Position numbers and translations under genes: made by a program. This document shows positions 57,601-64,000 of a stretch of 64,000 bases of DNA, piece by piece; positions within the stretch are counted from its first letter, which is position 1; the number at the start of each line of letters is the position of its first letter. The stretch is from Eledone cirrhosa (taxonomy: Eukaryota): contig OZ024743.1 in NCBI GenBank assembly GCA_964016885.1, positions 51,646,001-51,710,000 on the forward strand, in the 5' to 3' direction. The notes beneath the pieces were generated by a model. It made no database searches and was not told the DNA's origin. It worked only from the letters and a program-made list of their open reading frames with translations.

Positions 57601-57955
57601 AGGTAGTGAGCATCAGTGTCTCATAGAATCTGTCTTTTATAGTGCCGGGCAGTCCGGATTGGGGTGCATACGCAGATATTACTGTCACCGTAGTTCTATT
57701 GAGGACAAGTCGTATTTTAATTATTCTGTCGTTCACTCTATTTACGTCTATTATCTTATCCGCCCACTTTTCTGCTACCATGATTCCTACTCCACCCAGC
57801 CCATCGTCGTTTCCCACCCAGAAAAGCTTATAACATCGTTTTTTACCCTCAATGAATCTAGCAGACCCACCCCTCCACCTGGTCTCTTGAATACAACAAA
57901 CATCGACCTCCTTACGTTCAAGCATTTCTACAACCTCGTTAGCGCGCCCCTTTAG
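54571..57955 (-). mobile_element. Nearly intact RTE-clade LINE, truncated at the very start of the ORF
   Basis: Uninterrupted APE-RT ORF, about 340-bp 3' UTR and (GAT)n tail at 54571-54600. The frame extends only to LKGRANEVVEM; no 5' UTR or TSD seen. Confidence 0.97.
54938..57925 (-). CDS. RTE ORF: AP endonuclease + reverse transcriptase with PHD-type insert
   Basis: APE motifs CIQETRW, SAYAPQ, GDLNGH, VDYIL, SQHR; RT motifs YRGIKL, QFGF, FVDLEKAFDRV, GVHQGSVLSP, YADD, FRYLG. Confidence 0.97.
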   Translation of the reverse strand: MLERKEVDVCCIQETRWRGGSARFIEGKKRCYKLFWVGNDDGLGGVGIMVAEKWADKIIDVNRVNDRIIKIRLVLNRTTVTVISAYAPQSGLPGTIKDRFYETLMLTTSQISDSDYIIIAGDLNGHVGQHCDGYDEIHGGYGFGTRNEEGSRILEFCDANNLTICNTNFQKRDNHLITYRSGEHTSQVDYILTRRRDRVSVVNTKSLPHEECTSQHRLIISDLIVRSRRTRQQKRTILRRKIWKLKDPTAKNKFQNILLDAFDSKEEHLESDNIEGQWEFLKANLLLATDEVCGWSRPVCRRRVTWWWNSKVEESIKAKKQAWKVWRDGGSRVDYQVARREARREVYLARREAEERKFKHVLQRDDQKREVFRIARQCVKENRDIVGEKCVLNDDGILAITDTDKKAAWKCHYERLLNEENKWEKDSLPHVDPIEGPAVLVEGSIISKAIKDMKTGKAAGPSEIVAEMLKASGTVGHTMVTRIVNQVVQNGVVPKDWHSSIIVNCYKGKGDALDRSNYRGIKLIDQVMKVTEKVIAQLIRERIDLDEMQFGFVSGKSTTDALFIVRQLQEKYLAKGKPLYLAFVDLEKAFDRVPRSIIWWALRKLGVDEWLVRAIQAMYKETVSKVRINNEYSEEFSVKVGVHQGSVLSPLLFIIALQAITEEFKTGCPWELLYADDLTLIAESMAELEKKFQTWKHGLESKGLKINLAKTKVLVCRKENKAAVPSGKWSCSVCRKGVGRNSILCPKCKVWVHKRCSGITGKLTKNIDFTCGRCSGAISSSKCPHNTSSFNCAEGSIEIVDSFRYLGDKISSGGGCSESTVARVRTGWKKFRELIPLLAAKGFSLKMKGRLYDACIRTAMLHGSETWALCAEDIRRLERNEACMLRWMCNSNIRERQSINELRKKLEIRGIRCCLLERRLRWYGHVMRMKVDSCITKCRAIKIDGSHGIGRPRKTWDELINSDLTHLHLSKTMSLDRDLWRYSVTEKTRLASRHL

Positions 57956-58401
57956 TAGTATTTGCTTTTTAATATCTGCTACATATTATCAATTTCTATT
58001 TGTCAAACTTAAGTTATGGGACATAAACAGCACACAGTTTCCATCTACCAAATTTTACAAGGTATTGGTAAAAAACATGTCAGAAAGAAAGAAATGGGGA
58101 GTGGGAAACTCTACATATAAATGTGTGAGTGTGTATATAAATATATGTGCATAACCTCTACACCCTTAGCTAGATTGTATATCTTAGCTGTGCCCCACAG
58201 TGCATAAGATTGTGAAGAGACGTGGAGAACAGCCAGCGATATCGGTTTCATCACACATCACAGGACTCCTTCTTTAGGTATGATACCTTCCTCCCAATTT
58301 GATGGAGGAAAATAGCAGTCCAGTGACTGAGGGCACTGGAGATCTTGATGGTAATGACTCATTATCGTTAGCATTTGTATATTAACATTTTGGTGGTATT
58401 G

Positions 58402-58587
58402 GCGGTGGATTATCAGTATCAGTAGAGGGTTGGACACCATGTTTTGACGCATAGAGTTACGGCCCTTGCCATTCTGAATTCAAATTCAGCCGAGGTTAAC
58501 TTTGCCTTTCATCCTTACCAGGTCGATAAAATAAAGTACCAGTAATACACTGGGATAATTGTTGGCCTTGCGCCAAAAGTAGAAACA
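58402..58587 (+). mobile_element. SINE family 2 copy with 21-bp TSD
   Basis: ATTAACATTTTGGTGGTATTG at 58381-58401 and 58588-58608. Confidence 0.85.
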
Positions 58588-60844
58588 ATTAACATTTTGG
58601 TGGTATTGTTAAAGAGCTGAATGTGATACTTTGCAGAATATTTTAGCCCTTTGCATTCTGAATCTTAGCTTGGTCTACGTGGGTGGCAGGCTTAATCCTG
58701 GCTCTTGGGTGCCTTTAACAGCATCCTCTACAGTGGTTGGTTAAATACTCCAACATAGTCCTTAGGTCTCCTTTAGTAGAGTCCCTCGGTTGCAAGTATT
58801 TAGATTAGATCACTAGTTTGAGGATGCCTTCTTCCCTTCCCACAAGTCATTGAGGCCCTAGGACTATCCGTCCTTCCCTGACTAAACATTTAACAAGTAA
58901 CTTAATTTGAAAATGGGAGAGACCTAAACACAACTAATAAGTTGATCACTATAGAAAATAGGGTAAACCAACCCTTCGTAGGCACCTCAGTGCATTTTTT
59001 ACCCATCTCTTGGGGGCTGTTTACCCAATTTTCTCAACTATTTTCTATGGTTATTACAGTTACTTCCTACGTGTGGGTCTCTCACATTTTCAAATTTCAG
59101 GTGCTCCCAACACTCCAATAATTCATAAAATAACAAATATATATTTAAAAAAAGACAAAGCAAAAATATGAGAGAACAAAATTTATTTATCTTGATCAAG
59201 ATTTACTTTTCCTAAAGATATTTTCTTTTTCACTTGAAAAAAAAAAACAAAAACAAAACCTTAGTGAGATTCGAACTTAGTAAGGTACTTTATCAAGAAT
59301 AATGTTATTTTGGTGAAAATAATGAATATTATGGAGTGGATGTGTTTAAGGCACAAATCAGGTGAACAGCATCTTCACTTTCACCACAATAGCAAACCAA
59401 AGAAGGATCCTCAATGTCACACTGGAGTGAGGATCAAAATAATGGATGTTTGATCTTCAATCCAGTGTGGTAATGTGGAGAAATATATATAATGTGTTTA
59501 TGAGAGAGTATAAGGATGTGTAAACATGTGTTTGTATGAGACAGATATTTGTTATCAGAGCTCCAGTATATAATATTATTCTAACATCAATTTGGTATAA
59601 AGCTTAGTAATAGTAAATTATAAAATCCAACAGTCGACCCTTATAAACCGTTTTGATGGCAACCTACCCACAAACCACATAAACCAGGTCATTACTTGTC
59701 GCTACATGATAAAAATTTGTTTATCGTGTACGTACCATCATAAATTATTCAAATAAAGTTTATATTGACTTTGTTCAACTATATTCAAACTGTTATTAAC
59801 CTTCACTGACAATCTATCTATATTATAAAAGAGAAACAATTTCTCCCACTGTCTGTCACACATATATGGAGGAGTGAAAAGATATTTTATACAAATGGAT
59901 GATTTGCACACAATAATGGAAAACACTCTTGTAAACTTTGGAGAAGATGTTTCCTAATGAAAGATATTGAAATATATTAATTTGTAATTATGACATCACC
60001 TTGTTCTATTATGCTTTAAATGATTCATCTCTTCATTCTGACATCATAAATGATACACCACTCACTCTCTCTCAACAACCACTCTTCATTCCTCCCCTTT
60101 TACATATATGTTGTGACAGACAGATGGTAAAACAGTTGCTCTTTTATAATATAAATTAAAATCTTCCATCATAATTTAAAGAGTTAAGTTATGTTATATC
60201 ATCTTAATAATTAATAATTTTATAAATCTTAATTAATTAATTAATTACGATGCTATGTATTTCATTAGAAATATGGTAAAAAAAAAAGGGGGGGGGGGTT
60301 AAAAGGTTCTTATTTAAATAAAAAATCTCCAACATAATTTTATATAAGAGCCTTTTGTTAAGTTACATAACCATTTAGCATTTAGCATTTAAACCGGTCA
60401 TATCCAGCCAGAATTCTCTCACCTCTTTCTGTTCAAACTGGCTGTAACCAGCCACTCATACTGATGTTAAGGTATTGCTCTCAAAATAAATATCAAAATC
60501 TCATCGATTCGATATTATGTGAGGTAAAGCCTTTACTGTGAAAATACAATAGTATATATAGAGTAATGTAAATATTATGTGAGGTAAAGTCTTTACTGTG
60601 AAAATACTATAGTATATATAGAGTAATGTAAATGTTATGTGAGATATTATGTGAGGTAAAGCTTTTACTGTGAAAATACTATAGAATATATAGAGTAATG
60701 TAAATGGTAAAGGGTTAATAATGAAATAATTAATTGATATGCATTGTTTCATTAGAAACATGGTAACAAAATAGTTATGGTGTACCTAAATCTATAGCAG
60801 TGTGTATGTTTGTTATTAATACCACTATTCACCAGTTTAATTGA

Positions 60845-60950
60845 ACCCAGTCAGTATGTACAGCAGATATTTTAAATATCACATCAGGCCCTAACATACC
60901 CAACAGAGCTTTATATTAAGGCCATCAATCATGTGTTACACTGACTGGGT
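60845..60950 (-). promoter_or_regulatory. Type II SECIS element in SELENON 3' UTR
   Basis: RNA: U-UGAU-GGCCUUAAUAU-AAA-GCUC(UGUU)GGGU-AUGUUAGGGCC-UGAU. 11-bp helix II, AAA, apical mini-stem and GA quartet, about 240 nt after the stop codon. Confidence 0.88.
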
Positions 60951-61166
60951 AACACTAAATGTGTGTGAATGTGAATACGTGTGTGTGTTTTGGGTATGTA
61001 TGTGTATTTGTGTATGTGTGTTAATGTGTGCATATGTTTAGAGGTAATATTAACAATTTATATCACAGAACTTTAGTTCTTTGCTGAATTTCAATATTAA
61101 AAAAATATATAATTAAAATAAAAACATTTCTAAATTTGTTAACATGTAATTTCCGCAATGACCAGG

Positions 61167-61257
61167 TTAAAAGTTGGATTCTGTACCGTACTCTACACTT
61201 TTTTGAAGTCCTGTCTTCAAGAATGTTACGTAAGACACAGTGATTGGGTTTTGAAAC
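61167..61257 (-). CDS. SELENON: Selenoprotein N, last coding exon (FQNPITVSYVTFLKTGLQKSVEYGTESNF*)
   Basis: ctttgtag acceptor, phase 2 matching the previous exon; resembles the SelN end F.DP....Y..FLK.GL as recalled. Confidence 0.85.
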
Positions 61258-63017
61258 CTACAAAGAGACAGAGAGAAGTTATTTATATTTTTACAAACAA
61301 ATACTTTTGACACTTAACTGCCTGAAACCACTCCTGCTTCTATAATACAAACCTGTTTATTTTAATGGGTTTTAAACACCTTCCATAATTTTATGTAAGA
61401 ATTTTTAAGTTATATTCTAAACACCAAGTAAATAATGAGAAAATCAGTTATATTACTAAATCTCTCCAAATTTTCGATCCTTCTTTATTCCTGGCAGAGT
61501 CCTCAAGCATACCTTCCAGCATGTCCTGTCAGAAGCAACCATTTCCAATTGATTTAGCTGGATCTCCAAATGAAACCAGCCAAGATTTAGCTGGCCTCCT
61601 CCAAGGTATATCTCGTTGGAGGTGTCTTGGGTAATTTAATGATAGGGACCCCAGTCCTATCATCTTATTTCTACAGCTGAGTAAACTGGAGCAATGTGAA
61701 ATAAAGTGTCTTGCTTCAGGAAACAACACATCACCCGGTCCGAGAATTGAACTCACAACCTTTTGATTGCAAGCTCAATGCTCTAACCACTAAGCCATGC
61801 ACCTTCACATGGATGTTATCCAACCATCTTGCTCAGGATCTACCCCTGGGTCTCCTTCGGTTGGTTTTGCTTATAAAATTTGTCCAGTTATTCTTTCCTG
61901 AGACATTCTAACCATATGTCCATAATATCGGAGATGTGAGATATTTATGATTAGTTTCAAAATTATTTGAAAATCAAAGTGTGTTTCATTAGAAATATGT
62001 TAACGAAAGGTTTAAAGTGTTTTTATTTATCTAAAAACCTTACATCATAATTTTATATTAGAACTTTTAACACCAGTTTAATAATAATAATAAAGTTAGT
62101 TATATTACTAAATTCTTCCAAATTCTTGATTATTTTCAAAATTATTTGAAAATCTTAGGTAGTGTTTTGAAGGTAAAGAATTTACTATATATGTCCTTGA
62201 TTATTTTCATACCACATCCTTTGTCAAAATCATGTAGAGAGATGTAACAAAACTCCCCATATTACTGTTGCCCATACTCCACTTTCTCATATTCCCCACC
62301 TCACATCACTATTTCACCCCAAGCCCCTTCATATTCTTGCAGGAGTAGCCTTGCTCTGATGCAGAGCAATGCTACTCCTGCTAGTGTTGGTGCCACTACA
62401 AAATGTACTTGATACTGTCTATGAAATGACTAACATCAAACTGGTAGCAACTTAAGACATATAGAGCCCTTCAGTCAAGTGACGGACATGACCACCTCAC
62501 TTGTGTTAGTGCTACAATAAAATGCACCCAGTAATCTCTGCAAAGTGGTTGGTGTTAAGAATGGCATCTAGCCATAAAAACCATCCCAAACAAAGGATTA
62601 TGAGGACTTCAGTTGTATCAATGACACGTCAACCTCCCTGGTACTGGTGCCATGATAAAACAAATCCAGTACATGGTGATTTGAAGGGCATCCAGCTGTA
62701 GAAACCATGCCAAAACTGGAATGTATGTAAGCATAGTGTAGCCCCTGGTCCATCTGAAAGGGCAGTAGCTTCAATTAGGTTTGGTCTGTGACCAACCCCT
62801 GTCAGTATGAAAACAACATTAAACAGTGACAGTGTTGATGTATTAGGAATAAACTACAAGCAATCTCATTTTAGTTAAAAACTTACTATATATAGTCTTG
62901 TTTATACATATATATATTCTTGATTATTTTCAAAATTATTTTAAAATCATAGACAATGTCTTCCATTATGAATTATTTTAATAAGACAGTTGATAAAAAT
63001 AGTTGAAAGAGCCATAC

Positions 63018-63184
63018 CCTGTTTTCCAAAAATCTACTGGATCATCAAGGAGATCGTTGGCATTAACTTTGTGTAAGATGGTGCCATTGGGCAGAGAAAC
63101 CATCATCATCACAGGAAATTTATAATTCTCTAGAAATGCACTTGCGAGTTTAGCAAGTTCCTTGTCTTTGCCTTGCTTCAAATC
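63018..63184 (-). CDS. SELENON: Selenoprotein N, penultimate coding exon
   Basis: KLASAFLENYKFPVMMMVSLPNGTILHKVNANDLLD resembles SelN KLA..HLEKY.FPV.MM.CLPNGTV.H.INAN.FLD; ttgcag / gtatgg splice sites; downstream SECIS agrees. Confidence 0.9.
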
Positions 63185-63469
63185 CTGCAATTTATATACA
63201 ACAGACAAAAATAAAAACTTACAAACATAAAAAATTATTTTTAACTGAAAGATAAACTAAATATAACTACCGTTATTTTCATTTGGAATGTTAGTTGTTA
63301 AAAGAATGAACTGTGAAGTGTTAACACTTTCAACTATTCCTTTGTACACAGAAAAACATAACGGTGTCATTAACGGTGGACATTTCACAGAATCATAAGG
63401 GTAGTTTTTCTCTGAGGAGATGAAAATAACCATTGAAATGTTGACATAACAATAATCTCCTATGTTTTT

Positions 63470-64000
63470 AGAAATTCCATTTTATGTCCCAAATGCAAAC
63501 TATGGGTACATAAAAGATGTAGTGGGATCACAGGTAAGCTATCTAAGAATGTAGATTTTATATGTGGCCGATGCTCAGGTGCAATAAGTAGCAAGTGCCC
63601 ACAGGATACTAGCTCCTTCTATTGCCCAGATGGTTCTATAGAAATAGTGGACACTTTCTGTTACCTGGGTGACGAAATCAGCAGTGGTGGAGGGTGCTCT
63701 GAAAGTACAGTAGCCAGAGTCAGAACGGGATGGAAAAAGTTCAAAGAGCTTATACCGCTGTTGGCCACAAAAGGTTTCTCTCTAAAAATGAAAGGCAGAT
63801 TGTATGATGCCTGTATACGAACAGCAATGTTACATAGCAATGTTACATGGCAGTGAGACATGGGCATTGCATGCAAAGAACCTGTGCAGACTGGAAAGGA
63901 ACGAAGCATGCATGCTCCATTGGATGTGTAATAGTAATATACGTGAATGGCAAAGCATAAATGAACTAAGTGAGAAATTAGGAATAAGAGGAATCAGATG
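63470..64000 (+). mobile_element. 5'-truncated RTE copy in SELENON intron (antisense), runs off the window
   Basis: Near-identical to 15715-16230, with a small duplication at about 63828-63850. Confidence 0.93.

Noticed and set aside
55014-57955. + strand ORFs overlapping the RTE
   Set aside because: Antisense shadows of the RTE coding frame.

Overview
AT-rich, repeat-dense eukaryotic (animal) DNA. The SINE, RTE and microsatellite content suggests an octopod cephalopod (inference). Two convergent spliced genes, mostly missed by the ORF track, can be rebuilt by eye. (1) + strand: 14 phase-consistent exons (4350-48975, about 468 codons) encode the C-terminal part of a tricalbin/extended-synaptotagmin-like protein with two C2 domains. 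(2) - strand: the last two coding exons of selenoprotein N (63184-63018, 61257-61167), followed by a type II SECIS (about 60845-60950) with U instead of A/G before the UGA quartet. Mobile DNA includes a nearly intact RTE LINE (APE + RT with an internal PHD-type finger), several RTE fragments, Penelope-like elements (PLEs), a Helitron remnant, two SINE families, MITEs and many minisatellites. The most striking non-coding signal is a set of unrelated fold-back insertions in (TA)n tracts, each with an inverted arm, a direct arm and a unique tail. Several carry hammerhead ribozyme cores, one with a compensatory U3-A8 pair and two with an extended stem II. All calls are by eye; no database search was run.
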